The notes below the pieces were generated by a model. It ran no database searches and was not told the origin of the DNA. It was given only the letters and a program-made list of their open reading frames with translations. A program made the position numbers and the translations under genes. DNA of 64,000 bases from Marinobacter sp. (GTDB taxonomy: Bacteria; Pseudomonadota; Gammaproteobacteria; Pseudomonadales; Oleiphilaceae), in contig JAVJZJ010000172.1 of NCBI GenBank assembly GCA_040223075.1, forward strand, positions 14,114-78,113, written 5' to 3'. Positions 46,617-55,829 of this stretch are shown here, piece after piece. The number at the start of each line of letters is the position of its first letter. The stretch's first letter is position 1.

Positions 46617-48505
46617 CGCCCGCCGCTTTCCGGCGGAGCCCACAGCGGCACCTCCTCTCGGCTGGGGGGCTGCCAGTCTTGCTTCATCACATCGCTGAGG
46701 GTGTCTTCCAGCTTCATGAACAATTCCCCGTAACGGGGACTGAAGCTGATTCCCGACTCGATATCTTTCCAGGCCTCGCGCAACTCGGCCTCATGGGCTT
46801 TCTCGTTGTTCACAAAGGCCCAGGTCATTTGGCGGGCCCGCAAGGGATGCACACCAAACGCGGTCAGCGCCTGACCGCCCAGTTCCAGGGCAGAGTGGTA
46901 GGTTTCGCTGACCACGTCATCGGCGCCGGCGTCTCGCAGATCGTACCCATGCCCCCGATCAAAGGCCCGCGCCAAAATCCAGACACCCGGGAAATGTTGC
47001 TTGACGTGGTGCACCAGGGCCACCGCCCGCTCGCGATCATCAATGGCGACCACCAGCAGACGGGCATTGGCAATACCGGCGGTCTCCAGAAGATCCATCC
47101 GGCTGGCGTCGCCAAAATAGCTCTTGATGTTGATTCGACGCAGATTCTCAATCTGGTCCAACGCCAGATCCAGGGCGACAATCGGAATATTGTTGGCCCG
47201 CAGCAGACGGCAGACAATCTGTCCGAACCGCCCTACTCCGGCCACAATCACTGGCGCCTGATCTTCGATGGTATCTGCTTCCCGCTGCTCATTACGGGCT
47301 TCGCGGTATCGCGGCAAGATCAGGCGGTCATAGACGATGAACAGCAACGGCGTGAGGAACATGGACAGCGCCACCACCAGCGACAGGATCTGGGCAATAT
47401 CCGTAGGAATCACGCGGTTCTGCAGACTGTAGGTCAGCAACACAAACCCGAACTCACCGGCCTGGGCCAGGCCCAGAGTAAACAGCCAGCCATCGCGGCC
47501 ACGCAGGCCAAACAACTGCGCCAGCAGCAGCAACACCGCCGCCTTGACCACGATCACCAACAACCCCAACGACAGCACCGTGCCCCACTGCGCCGACAAC
47601 ACATCGAAATTGATGCCAGCACCGACGGTGATAAAGAACAGACCAAGCAGCAGGCCTTTGAACGGCTCAATGTTGGCCTCGAGCTCATGGCGAAATTCAC
47701 TGTTTGCCAACACCACGCCTGCCAGGAAAGCACCAAGAGCAGGTGACAGGTTCACCACACTCATCAATGCGGCAATGCCAATCACCAGCATCAGCGCCAT
47801 GGCGGTAAACACCTCCCGCATGCCGGACTGCACCACATAGCGGAACAGCGGCCGGCTCAGGTAGTGGCCGCCGATAATCACGGCTGCCACCGCACCAATC
47901 ACTACCAGCCCATGGGCCCAGCCGGGCAAATCCGCCACCAGGTTGAAGCTAGCATGATGATCTGCATCCACCGACCCGGTCGCCGCCATACCCGACACCA
48001 CCAGCAACGGAATGACGGCAAGCATGGGGATAACCGCTATGTCCTGGAACAACAACACCGAAAAAGCGCCGCGGCCACCCTCAGTCTTGCTCAGACCTTT
48101 CTCGTTCAGGGTTTGCAGAACAATGGCCGTGGATGAGAGGGAGAAGATCAAGCCAACGGTTACTGCGGTCTGCCAGGGCAGCCCCAGCCACCAGGCGATT
48201 GCCGTACCGGCCGCGGAGGTCAGCACCACCTGCAGGCCACCGAGGCCCAGCAAACGGACCCGCATGGCCCACAGGGATTTCGGGTCCAATTCCATGCCTA
48301 CCAGGAACAACATCATCACCACGCCAAACTCGGCGAAGTGCTGGATCGTGGCAGTCTCCTGACCCACCAGCCCGGTCACCGGCCCGATCACCACCCCGGC
48401 CACCAGATACCCGAGCACCGACCCGAGCCCCAGGCGCTTGGCCAACGGTACCGCGACGACCGCCGCCAGCAGGTAGATAAACGCCTGGATAAAGTATTCC
48501 GTCAT
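46613..48505 (-). CDS. Monovalent cation:proton antiporter-2 (KefB/KefC-type) with C-terminal RCK/TrkA-N domain
   Basis: 630-aa ORF. It has an N-terminal Na_H_exchanger membrane domain and a Rossmann motif VIVAGVGRFGQIVCRLL in the C-terminal domain. Its stop overlaps the convergent MFS stop by 4 nt. Confidence 0.85.
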   Translation of the reverse strand: MTEYFIQAFIYLLAAVVAVPLAKRLGLGSVLGYLVAGVVIGPVTGLVGQETATIQHFAEFGVVMMLFLVGMELDPKSLWAMRVRLLGLGGLQVVLTSAAGTAIAWWLGLPWQTAVTVGLIFSLSSTAIVLQTLNEKGLSKTEGGRGAFSVLLFQDIAVIPMLAVIPLLVVSGMAATGSVDADHHASFNLVADLPGWAHGLVVIGAVAAVIIGGHYLSRPLFRYVVQSGMREVFTAMALMLVIGIAALMSVVNLSPALGAFLAGVVLANSEFRHELEANIEPFKGLLLGLFFITVGAGINFDVLSAQWGTVLSLGLLVIVVKAAVLLLLAQLFGLRGRDGWLFTLGLAQAGEFGFVLLTYSLQNRVIPTDIAQILSLVVALSMFLTPLLFIVYDRLILPRYREARNEQREADTIEDQAPVIVAGVGRFGQIVCRLLRANNIPIVALDLALDQIENLRRINIKSYFGDASRMDLLETAGIANARLLVVAIDDRERAVALVHHVKQHFPGVWILARAFDRGHGYDLRDAGADDVVSETYHSALELGGQALTAFGVHPLRARQMTWAFVNNEKAHEAELREAWKDIESGISFSPRYGELFMKLEDTLSDVMKQDWQPPSREEVPLWAPPESGGR

Positions 48506-48568
48506 GAGCTGTTCCGTTTGATCTGTTGGGAAAGGCCTGCCTGCACGCGTGCCTATCTTTCGTGCCCG

Positions 48569-49675
48569 TCAGATTAGCGAAGGATCAAACTTTCGGAAAC
48601 CGTTCTTTCCGGAATTCTTGACTGAATACATGGCCTTGTCAGCCTGGGCCATCAATGAACAGACATCGTCGGCGGTACCAGGAAAGGTTGCAATGCCGAT
48701 GCTGCATCCAACGGTAACCGTCCCGTCACTCAGTTTTACAGGCTCGCGGGCCTCCGCGATAATACGCTCCGCAAGAGGCTCAAAGGGGTAACTGCCGGAA
48801 CCTTCTGTTGTACCGTCCACCAGAAAGGCAAATTCATCACCGCCCACTCTCGCCACCATCTCACCTGCTCGCTGGATCTGCCAGAATCGATTTGAGAGCA
48901 CCTGCAGCAAATGGTCACCGGTCATATGTCCGTATTGATCGTTCACGTCCTTGAAGCCGTCAATATCGACCAGGTAAAGCACAACCTCACCGTCCTGGCT
49001 TCGGCGTTGCAGAGCAATAGCATCCTCGAGGCTTTCTTCAAATGCGGCTCTGTTGTAGAGCCCCGTCAATGAATCGTGGGAAGCCTTGTAAAGGATTTCA
49101 GCTTCCTTGCGGCGGTCATCGGTGATATCGCGGGCAATCGCAAACAGTTTGGTTGTGGCATGAGTAATGGCGGGGCAGTACCAGGCAATCCAGCGCCAGC
49201 TTCCGTCCTTGGCAAGATAACGATTTTCAAAACTGATACTGTCGCGGCCAGACCCCAAGCCCTCAAGCTCCCGGGCGGTTTTGTCCACATCGTCCGGATG
49301 GACAAAATCCACGAAAGGACGCGACAGCAACTCTTCTTTTGAATAACCGAGTGTATTGGCGAACGCCGAATTCACGCGCTTGAAGTAACCGTCCAATCCG
49401 GCAATGCACAGCATCTGGACGGAATGCTCGAAGAACCACTCCCATTCCTGTAGGCTTCGGTGGTAATTCTCCAGCTCATTGGACAACCGCTTTTTGCTGG
49501 CCAGCAGGTCTTCACGTTCCCGTTCCAACACCCTGAGTTTGCTCTCAAGGCGCTCCAATTGCTCTGCCTTTTCACGGAGCCTGACGATAGTCTCGTTATC
49601 TGGATCGCCCGCTTTACCCATAAGCGTCAGCTCCATACCGCAACTTTTACCCGCCAGGGAATCATCGCCCGGCAC
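48569..49675 (-). CDS. Coiled-coil-PAS-GGDEF diguanylate cyclase
   Basis: 368-aa ORF with an N-terminal coiled coil (LREKAEQLERLESKLRVLEREREDLL) and a PAS segment (FKRVNSAFANTLGYSKEELL). The GGDEF domain reads GEMVARVGGDEFAFLV. The I-site position reads RAGE, so it is not RxxD. Confidence 0.85.
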   Translation of the reverse strand: MPGDDSLAGKSCGMELTLMGKAGDPDNETIVRLREKAEQLERLESKLRVLEREREDLLASKKRLSNELENYHRSLQEWEWFFEHSVQMLCIAGLDGYFKRVNSAFANTLGYSKEELLSRPFVDFVHPDDVDKTARELEGLGSGRDSISFENRYLAKDGSWRWIAWYCPAITHATTKLFAIARDITDDRRKEAEILYKASHDSLTGLYNRAAFEESLEDAIALQRRSQDGEVVLYLVDIDGFKDVNDQYGHMTGDHLLQVLSNRFWQIQRAGEMVARVGGDEFAFLVDGTTEGSGSYPFEPLAERIIAEAREPVKLSDGTVTVGCSIGIATFPGTADDVCSLMAQADKAMYSVKNSGKNGFRKFDPSLI

Positions 49676-49762
49676 GAATACGTAAAAGTTCTTACTTTCA
49701 ACATAGCACCCACAGCTGGAACTGTGAACAAATGTTCAGATATTAGGTAGGGGAACTACGGG

Positions 49763-50290
49763 TTATTGACAGGTACCATGGCGATCGGACCGCCAGGAGT
49801 TCATCTTCTCTAGCCGACAGAACATACGCTTTACATGGCTGCCGTCCCAGAAGAGCTGGCGACACGTTGGGCATGACCACACTTTTTGCGGGTTCGGTCT
49901 GGGTGCACCCGGGTAGAAATTCCGAAGCTCCCACTGACTGGCCGTATCAAGCGCTGTATTACAGTTCTTACAGCGGCTGAAAGGAGCAAAGCACCAATCC
50001 AGATCCAGCCTCAGAGTCAGTTCTCGCAGTCGTGCCTGCTCAACCCGTTCCGCCAGGTGGATGACATAGAAAGGGGCGCTCGAAAATTCCAGAAGATCCG
50101 CATCGGCTGTGATCAACCAGCGCTGTTCCGCGCGAGCCTGGTTCAGTATCTGCCGGTCCGGTGAACCCTGAACGGGCAAGGATGCATCGTAACCGGCGAC
50201 GCGCAGCCACTGAGCCAGGCTGTTCAACATCTCGTCGCACAGAAAGCGTAGTGGTACCAGCGAACACAGACTGCCTTCAATCACTTTCAT
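49763..50290 (-). CDS. Mut7-C RNase domain (DUF82, PIN-like) protein with zinc ribbon
   Basis: 175-aa ORF. RFLCDEMLNSLAQWLRVAGYD matches the Mut7-C N-terminal motif. It has C-terminal CxxC pairs (CKNCN ... CPTCRQLFWDGSH). Confidence 0.75.
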   Translation of the reverse strand: MKVIEGSLCSLVPLRFLCDEMLNSLAQWLRVAGYDASLPVQGSPDRQILNQARAEQRWLITADADLLEFSSAPFYVIHLAERVEQARLRELTLRLDLDWCFAPFSRCKNCNTALDTASQWELRNFYPGAPRPNPQKVWSCPTCRQLFWDGSHVKRMFCRLEKMNSWRSDRHGTCQ

Positions 50291-50349
50291 GGAACCCCGA
50301 CCGGAATCTGCTCTGCCCCCTTCAGCTTAGCTGTTTTCAGCTGGCATCT

Positions 50350-51240
50350 TCAGCCTTTAGGTACATACTGCCGCACATCCCAGCAGAAATAGCGCTTCAG
50401 GACACTGTTCGCCTCGTGTTCTTTCTGACGCCAGCCGTAGACTTTGGGCTTGGCAGTCTCAATGGCGAGGGTGCCGAATACCAGCCAGTCATAGATCGCC
50501 AGGGTGGAGGTCACATTCTTGGCTGAATTGGGGCCACGGGCGTGGTGATGATGGTGTTGAGTCGGGAACACCAGGATATGAGCCAGCGCCCACATGGTCT
50601 TGCGCACCCAGGCCCAGCGGTGGTTGTGGAAATACAGGTCGTAATTCCAGTTGACGTGGGTATGGGCCGCCCAAAGACCTTTGAATGCAGTGGCAATCAG
50701 AAAAACATCCACCAGCCCCAGGTAAAGGCACAACAACTGGAAAGTGTAGTTAGGCATGATCAGCCACCAGGCCCAGCCGTTGACGAACGTCTGGGTCACC
50801 GAAAGTTGCCCCTTGTTATCCAGGCCACCAGACATATGGTGCGGGCGATGGCTCATCTTGTAGAACGCCTGGACCCACTGGAGAACGCGGTTCTTGGGAC
50901 GGCGCCGGTGAGCAAACAGGTGGAAACTGCCGTGGATAAACTCCTCCACGCAGAAAAAGACAATCAGCGTCGGCCAGAAATACGCCTGCTCAAGCCAGGC
51001 CAGTGAACCGGCGCTGCCCGGAATCAGCGCCGAAAGCACGAGGGTCAGGACCAGCAGCACCATAGGACGCTGAACCGCCACCATCATGAAGGTGGCAAGA
51101 AACGCCATCCGCCAGTCCTGCTTGTTTTTGCGCCCCTCACGGGTGCGACCACTGACCACCTCCCAAAGGGCGGTCAGGATGATAAAAGACGTTACCAGCA
51201 TCGTCAGTTTTTGATCGTCCATTTTTGTTCTCCCAGACAA
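50350..51240 (-). CDS. Fatty acid hydroxylase / sterol-desaturase superfamily membrane protein
   Basis: 296-aa polytopic ORF with histidine boxes HLFAHRRRP, SHRPHHMS and PTQHHHHHARG. Confidence 0.7.
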   Translation of the reverse strand: MSGRTKMDDQKLTMLVTSFIILTALWEVVSGRTREGRKNKQDWRMAFLATFMMVAVQRPMVLLVLTLVLSALIPGSAGSLAWLEQAYFWPTLIVFFCVEEFIHGSFHLFAHRRRPKNRVLQWVQAFYKMSHRPHHMSGGLDNKGQLSVTQTFVNGWAWWLIMPNYTFQLLCLYLGLVDVFLIATAFKGLWAAHTHVNWNYDLYFHNHRWAWVRKTMWALAHILVFPTQHHHHHARGPNSAKNVTSTLAIYDWLVFGTLAIETAKPKVYGWRQKEHEANSVLKRYFCWDVRQYVPKG

Positions 51241-51316
51241 TAGGTGCAGGTGTGTCTTTTGACCTTAATGGCGCCCGGTATATTTTCCTATTCAATATTT
51301 GGTATAAGTAATATCC

Positions 51317-52216
51317 ATGAAGCTGAATTTACGAAGTGTCGACCTCAACCTGCTGCCGGTATTCGATGCCATCATGGAGGCCGGCCAGCTCTCCCGTGCT
51401 GCCGAGACCCTGGGTATGAGCCAGCCGGCGATCAGCGCCGCCCTGCAGCGCCTACGCCATACCCTGGGCGACCCGCTGTTTGTGCGCACGCGTCAGGGCA
51501 TGTTGCCCACCCCCCGAGCGCGGGAGCTGCACAGCAGCCTCAACCAGCAACTGGCCGCCATGCGTGACACTCTGGACCCGGCCAATCGCTTCGTGCCCGC
51601 CACCAGTCAGCGCCACTTCCGGGTGCTCAGCAATGACTACTTCGAGATGGTGGTATTACCCCCGTTGCTGGCTCACCTACAGAGCGAAGCACCGAACGTG
51701 GTGGTGGAAGTGGCATTGGCCGGCGACGACGTGCCGCAAACACTCTGCAACGCACAGGCCGATCTCGCCGTCGACGCCTTCGGTACCGAAAACGACCTGC
51801 TCCACCGACAAGTGCTGATGTGGGAACAGCTGGCTGTGGTGGCACGACAGGGCCATCCCACTCTGCAGGGCAACTGCTCTAAACGTCAGTTCCTGGATGC
51901 CGAGCACGTGGTACTGCCAGAGCGAAACCGCCGTCTGCCGCTGGATCAGATCCTCAATGAGCCGGGCTGGCAACGCCGTACCGGCGCGCGGGTTACACAG
52001 TTCGCCAGCATGCTCGCCACTTGCAGCCGGTCCGACATGATTGCCACCGTGCCGGAGCGCATGGCGCAACAATACGCCCACGCGCTGGGGCTTCAGATCC
52101 TGCCTTTTCCCGCCAATATTCCACCGCTACCCGTCTACCTGATATGGGCACCCGTGCTGGACAACGACCCTGCCCACCAATGGTTTCGTCAACGCTTGAT
52201 AGAGTGTGTCGCCTGA
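51317..52216 (+). CDS. LysR-family transcriptional regulator
   Basis: 299-aa ORF. The N-terminal wHTH reads VDLNLLPVFDAIMEAGQLSRAAETLGMSQPAISAALQRLR. It is divergent from the desaturase-like gene. Confidence 0.9.
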   Translation: MKLNLRSVDLNLLPVFDAIMEAGQLSRAAETLGMSQPAISAALQRLRHTLGDPLFVRTRQGMLPTPRARELHSSLNQQLAAMRDTLDPANRFVPATSQRHFRVLSNDYFEMVVLPPLLAHLQSEAPNVVVEVALAGDDVPQTLCNAQADLAVDAFGTENDLLHRQVLMWEQLAVVARQGHPTLQGNCSKRQFLDAEHVVLPERNRRLPLDQILNEPGWQRRTGARVTQFASMLATCSRSDMIATVPERMAQQYAHALGLQILPFPANIPPLPVYLIWAPVLDNDPAHQWFRQRLIECVA

Positions 52217-52303
52217 TTGCTTCAGGTCACTTTCAACAGCACCGAATCTGAGCCATAGTTAATGTATGAAATCTCAAACCACGCGAGGCGAGGAGGACAG
52301 ATC

Positions 52304-52480
52304 ATGAGTGAAGACGAGCACAAAAAGCTTCACCCCATACTCAACGAGGTCACCAAGACCTACGTGGATCTCTACACCAATCGTCCCAACGAGAAAAACC
52401 GCGAGAAGCTGATCAAGCTGGAGAAGCTTTTGCACGAGCAGTTGGAGAAGATCGAGGCGGCGACCAAGGAGAATGACTGA
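52304..52480 (+). CDS. Small charged helical hypothetical protein (58 aa)
   Basis: The ATG at 52304 is preceded by a strong AGGAGG 7 nt upstream. The product is MSEDEHKKLHPILNEVTKTYVDLYTNRPNEKNREKLIKLEKLLHEQLEKIEAATKEND. The track start at 52262 has no ribosome-binding site. Confidence 0.4.
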   Translation: MSEDEHKKLHPILNEVTKTYVDLYTNRPNEKNREKLIKLEKLLHEQLEKIEAATKEND

Positions 52481-52494
52481 CTGTCGTTGAAGGT

Positions 52495-52536
52495 GGCCAG
52501 GAACGGAGGCATGTATTCCGCCAGCCGTTCCTGGCC
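52495..52536. terminator. Inverted repeat between convergent genes (possible bidirectional terminator)
   Basis: 12-bp perfect arms GGCCAGGAACGG / CCGTTCCTGGCC (52495-52506 and 52525-52536) with an 18-nt loop. No clear T-tract. Confidence 0.4.
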
Positions 52537-52546
52537 CCGCTAAGAG

Positions 52547-53146
52547 TCAGGCCGCCAGCAACTCGGCAATCCTGTCATTTGCCTCGGCGAGGCTCTTGTC
52601 GCGGGTCTCGTCACCGATGTTCAGCCCTTCGGCATGAACGATTTCCACATCGGTGATACCCACGAACCCCAGGTACTGACGCACCACTGCGGTCTGGGCA
52701 TGATCATCACCGTAAAAGCCACCTCGAGTGATAAAGACGTAGGCCTTCTTACCCTGCAGCAGTCCCTTCGGACCCTGCTCGGTATAGCGGAAAGTGACCC
52801 CGGCCCGGGCAACGTAATCCATCCAGGCTTTGAGCACGGAAGGGATACCGAAGTTGTACATGGGAACGCCCAATACCAGCACATCCGCTTCCTGAACCTC
52901 GGCAATCTGCTTGTCGGCAAATGCCACCATCGCGTGTTGCTCTTCCGTGCGCTCAGCCTCGGGCGTCATCAAGGCCTGGAGCCGCGCCTGATCCAGGTGG
53001 GGAATATTCTCTGTCGCCAGGTCACGGCTGATCACGTTGGCCTCTTCCTGCTGTGCCTGCCAGCGCTCCACAAACTGCTGTGCCAACAGTGATGACTGGC
53101 CGGCATCCTCAAACAGACTGCTCTGGATTTTCAATAATGTTGTCAT
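52547..53146 (-). CDS. azoR: FMN-dependent NADH-azoreductase (AcpD/AzoR)
   Basis: The start at 53146 (MTTLLKIQSSLF) follows AGGAGA. It has the typical AzoR blocks (ADVLVLGVPMYNFGIPSVLKAWMD, RYTEQGPKGLL). Confidence 0.85.
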   Translation of the reverse strand: MTTLLKIQSSLFEDAGQSSLLAQQFVERWQAQQEEANVISRDLATENIPHLDQARLQALMTPEAERTEEQHAMVAFADKQIAEVQEADVLVLGVPMYNFGIPSVLKAWMDYVARAGVTFRYTEQGPKGLLQGKKAYVFITRGGFYGDDHAQTAVVRQYLGFVGITDVEIVHAEGLNIGDETRDKSLAEANDRIAELLAA

Positions 53147-53263
53147 CGTATCTCTCCTGCCTCTCTTCATAATTTGGAACGGCGATGGGAGAATTAAAAC
53201 ATTGATTAGTTAGATTCTATAGTTCAAAATTTAGCATAAATCTATCTAATAATTAGATGCTTA

Positions 53264-54178
53264 ATGGAGCGCCTCCCCTCTCCCCATATCAGCCTGGAAC
53301 AGTGGCGTTGCCTGGTGGCCGTCGTGGAAGCCGGTGGCTATGCCCAGGCTGCAGAAAAGCTGTACAAGAGCCAGTCCTCAGTCACCTATGCCGTGCAAAA
53401 ACTGGAACGCCTGCTGGACATCAAAGCTTTCCAGATGGCAGGTCGTCGCGCCATTCTGACCCCGGCGGGCGACATGCTCTACCGTCGGGCCCGACAATTA
53501 CTGGAGGATTCAGCCAACCTGGAAAGGGCGGCAGGCAAGGTGTCGGCCGGCTGGGAAAGCGAAATCAATATTGCAGTGGAGGCCCTTTATCCCACCTGGC
53601 TGCTACTGGAGAGTTTCGAACGATTTGGCAAGGACAGTCCCCATACCCGCATCAACCTGTACGAGACGATCTTCCAGGGCGGTCCGGAATTGCTGCTGTC
53701 CGGTCAGGTGGAGCTCGCCATTCTGCCCGAGGTACCAGCGGGCTCCAATGGCAAAGCCTTGCCCCACACCTCCCGCATTATCCCGGTCGCCCATGCCGAC
53801 CACCCTCTGCATCAGCTGGGACGCCCGCTGACCCTGAACGACTTCCGCAAGCATCGGCACCTGGTGGTCCGTGATACCTCACAGCAACGGGATAGCCGCA
53901 CCTCTACCGTGGACGTCGCGCAACGCTGGACCGTCTCCAGTATGGCCACCTCCATCGGGGCTGTGTGCCGCGGTTATGGGTTTGCCTGGCTGCCGGAAGA
54001 CAAAATCCGGCATGAACTGACGTCCGGCCTGCTGAAGCCCTTGCCTATGGGCGATGGCGATGCGCGCTTTGCGCAGCTCTATCTGATATTTCACGCCCCC
54101 GACCAGATCGGTCCCGGCGTCAGACGCCTGGCGCAAATAATCGAAGAGGATATGCTGCAGGCGGGCCTCAACCTTTAG
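53264..54178 (+). CDS. LysR-family transcriptional regulator
   Basis: 304-aa ORF. The wHTH reads LEQWRCLVAVVEAGGYAQAAEKLYKSQSSVTYAVQKLE. It is divergent from azoR. Confidence 0.9.
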   Translation: MERLPSPHISLEQWRCLVAVVEAGGYAQAAEKLYKSQSSVTYAVQKLERLLDIKAFQMAGRRAILTPAGDMLYRRARQLLEDSANLERAAGKVSAGWESEINIAVEALYPTWLLLESFERFGKDSPHTRINLYETIFQGGPELLLSGQVELAILPEVPAGSNGKALPHTSRIIPVAHADHPLHQLGRPLTLNDFRKHRHLVVRDTSQQRDSRTSTVDVAQRWTVSSMATSIGAVCRGYGFAWLPEDKIRHELTSGLLKPLPMGDGDARFAQLYLIFHAPDQIGPGVRRLAQIIEEDMLQAGLNL

Positions 54179-54700
54179 CGTCGCCCCTGGCATCTTGAGC
54201 ACTCTCGCAGCCATTGCTCCATACCCTCGCCCAGATGGGACTGCGGATAGGACCAGTGGTCTTTCTCCATGCCGATTTCCTCTTCCCACGCTCTGATACA
54301 CCGCCTTGGTGAACCAGGTCATTTCCGCAAAGGCCTGGGGCGTCAGGGGAAAGGTATCGTAATCCCGGTGATTCAGCAGCATGACGGCACGATTCTCCAC
54401 ATCAAACTGCGCCTGCAGGCCCTCCCTGGCAACCTGACGGTCACGCCTGAAAACCGACTCGGTGCCGTCTCCCCCCCACGGCGAGGAAATAGACGTCCGT
54501 CTCACCGGGCCGCTCAGGTGCCAGGCTTTCGATCTGGTTGTTCAGGCGTTGGCGGTCCTCGGTGAGGATCTCTTCGGTGAGGGGCGCTGGTGATTCTTCC
54601 GAAGCTCCCTCATAACGGCTGTCTTCGTCCTCACGCACACCCTGCCCCGCCATCAGGCCTTTCCGGAACTCGCCTTCGTAACGCCAGCGCCTCTGCTACT
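54175..54700 (-). pseudogene. Remnant of a C13 (legumain/caspase-like) peptidase-family gene: N-terminally truncated and frameshifted at a homopolymer
   Basis: Track fragments 54441..54653 and 53879..54505 fuse into ...ERPGETDVYFLAVGG|DGTESVFRRDRQVAREGLQAQFDVENRAVMLLNHRDYDTFPLTPQAF... if the C7 run at 54471-54477 (G7 on the coding strand) is one base shorter. An in-frame TAG lies upstream of the first Met (...ALK*QRRWRYEGEFRKGLMAGQG). The downstream part dissolves into the LysR 3' end. The family call rests on the remembered pattern D[LV]YF[VL]G[FA]GGD..[QE].VF...V. Confidence 0.4.
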
Positions 54701-54714
54701 TCAGGGCGGCAATC

Positions 54715-55209
54715 CTATTTGTTTTGTTTCGAACCTATGAGACGCGAGAATTTAGGCACCACATACAGTACGACCCAGGCCAGAAGGGTGCACAGAATGG
54801 CCGTTTGCTCGCGTCCCAGACCGACTGCGATGCCTATCGCGGCAGTGAACCAGATGCCCGCCGCCGTGGTGAGCCCGGATGCACTTTGCTCGTCACTGCG
54901 GTTGATGATCGTTCCCGCGCACAGAAAGCCGATGCCGGTAATTACGCCCTGAATAACACGGCTCATTTCCACGTCAGAGATGCCCGCTTGTTGAGGAATC
55001 AGGATAAACAAAGCCGCCCCCATGCAAACCAGCATATGAGTGCGCACACCGGCGGCCTTGCCTCGTTGCTCCCGTTCAAGCCCCAGCACGCCTCCCAGCA
55101 GCACAGCCAGCAGGAGCCTGATCAAAACAATAAGCATTTCGACCAGGTCGGTGAGACCTGAAAACTCGGAAACAACGGTATTGCCGATGAGCGTTATTTC
55201 GTCGTTCAT
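54715..55209 (-). CDS. mgtC: MgtC/SapB family membrane protein
   Basis: The start at 55209 (MNDEITLIG) was chosen. The segment LLLAVLLGGVLGLEREQRGKAAGVRTHMLVCMGAALF is the MgtC signature region. Confidence 0.8.
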   Translation of the reverse strand: MNDEITLIGNTVVSEFSGLTDLVEMLIVLIRLLLAVLLGGVLGLEREQRGKAAGVRTHMLVCMGAALFILIPQQAGISDVEMSRVIQGVITGIGFLCAGTIINRSDEQSASGLTTAAGIWFTAAIGIAVGLGREQTAILCTLLAWVVLYVVPKFSRLIGSKQNK

Positions 55210-55445
55210 AGACGTCTCTTTAGTGTGGAAAAGGCAGGCACCCATCCCCTCCCCTGGAAACGCCTGGCTTAATAAAGCCAGAACAGCGCCTTCAAGGAAG
55301 GCTTATCTAAGTTTAGACCAAGCTAGTGCGTTGTCTGGCTGTGTGATTTTAGTCCACTACGAATAGCTTGGCTTCCTGCTCAGTTGAGGACCGGTGATCA
55401 GCCAGATAGCCTGGGGTGATGCATGTCTCTTGACGTGGGAAGTCA

Positions 55446-55517
55446 TATCAACGCCTTGGCTTTGCGGCGTGCCGAAGCGCCAGCGTAGGTGCGTCCGACA
55501 ACAGCCTTTGGTTAAAT
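55446..55517 (-). repeat. attC-like site (72 bp) closing the ccdAB cassette
   Basis: On the minus strand it reads ATTTAAC (R'', 55517->55511) ... GTTGATA (55452->55446). The L-stem pairs GGCTTTGCGGCG with GGCT[G]TTG[T]CGG[A]CG, with three extra bases on the R''/L'' arm. There is an unpaired 5/4-nt spacer next to the R boxes and a 22-nt loop. Confidence 0.6.
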
Positions 55518-55519
55518 GC

Positions 55520-55548
55520 TTGAATGCGCACCACCATGCGCATAAAAT
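55520..55548 (+). promoter_or_regulatory. Candidate sigma70 promoter and operator for ccdAB
   Basis: TTGAAT, a 17-nt spacer, then TAAAAT, ending 36 nt upstream of the ccdA ATG. The spacer contains two copies of the self-palindromic hexamer TGCGCA six nt apart (TGCGCAccaccaTGCGCA). Confidence 0.5.
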
Positions 55549-55583
55549 GAGGCCATGCATTAAATAGCCACTTGGAGACTCGA

Positions 55584-55829
55584 ATGGCCGAACTCTACAA
55601 CCCATCTGCACCAAAAAAAGCGGCAAACCTCTCAGTCAATAGCGATCTACTGCGTAAGACGCGTGAACTGAACATTAACCTGTCTGCTACCCTGGAGCGA
55701 GCACTGAAAGAAGAACTCTCCAAACGCGAGGCAGAACAGTGGATTGAAGAAAACCGCGCTGCGATAAAAGGTTACAACGATTTTGTCGAACAACATGGAT
55801 GCTTCGGCGACGAATTCAGGGAATTTTGA
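55584..55829 (+). CDS. ccdA: Type II antitoxin CcdA
   Basis: The ATG at 55584 follows GGAG. The product is MAELYNPSAPKKAANLSVNSDLLRKTRELNINLSATLERALKEELSKREAEQWIEENRAAIKGYNDFVEQHGCFGDEFREF, which matches the CcdA family pattern. Its stop overlaps the ccdB start (TGATG). Confidence 0.85.
   Translation: MAELYNPSAPKKAANLSVNSDLLRKTRELNINLSATLERALKEELSKREAEQWIEENRAAIKGYNDFVEQHGCFGDEFREF

Noticed and set aside
45161-47746. Several 200-355-aa ORFs (45161..46228 +, 45558..46412 -, 45743..46351 -, 46679..47746 +)
   Set aside because: They are out-of-frame or antisense overlaps of the MFS and KefB/C-type genes. Their low-complexity Arg/Pro/Gly-rich translations carry no motifs.
53879-54505. 208-aa minus-strand ORF treated as an intact gene
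   Set aside because: Its 3' 300 nt are antisense to a well-supported LysR gene. Only its 5' part is meaningful, and I interpret that part as a frameshifted peptidase remnant.
55210-55445. Possible further cassette or attC between mgtC and the last attC (hairpin CTGGCTT-aata-AAGCCAG at about 55264-55281; inverted repeat CCAAGCTA/TAGCTTGG)
   Set aside because: I could not find a pair of R boxes with correct order and spacing, and there is no ORF. The left limit of the array is therefore left at 55446.
55357-55626. 89-aa minus-strand ORF
   Set aside because: It spans the attC site, the ccdAB promoter and the ccdA start. It has no ribosome-binding site and no family resemblance.
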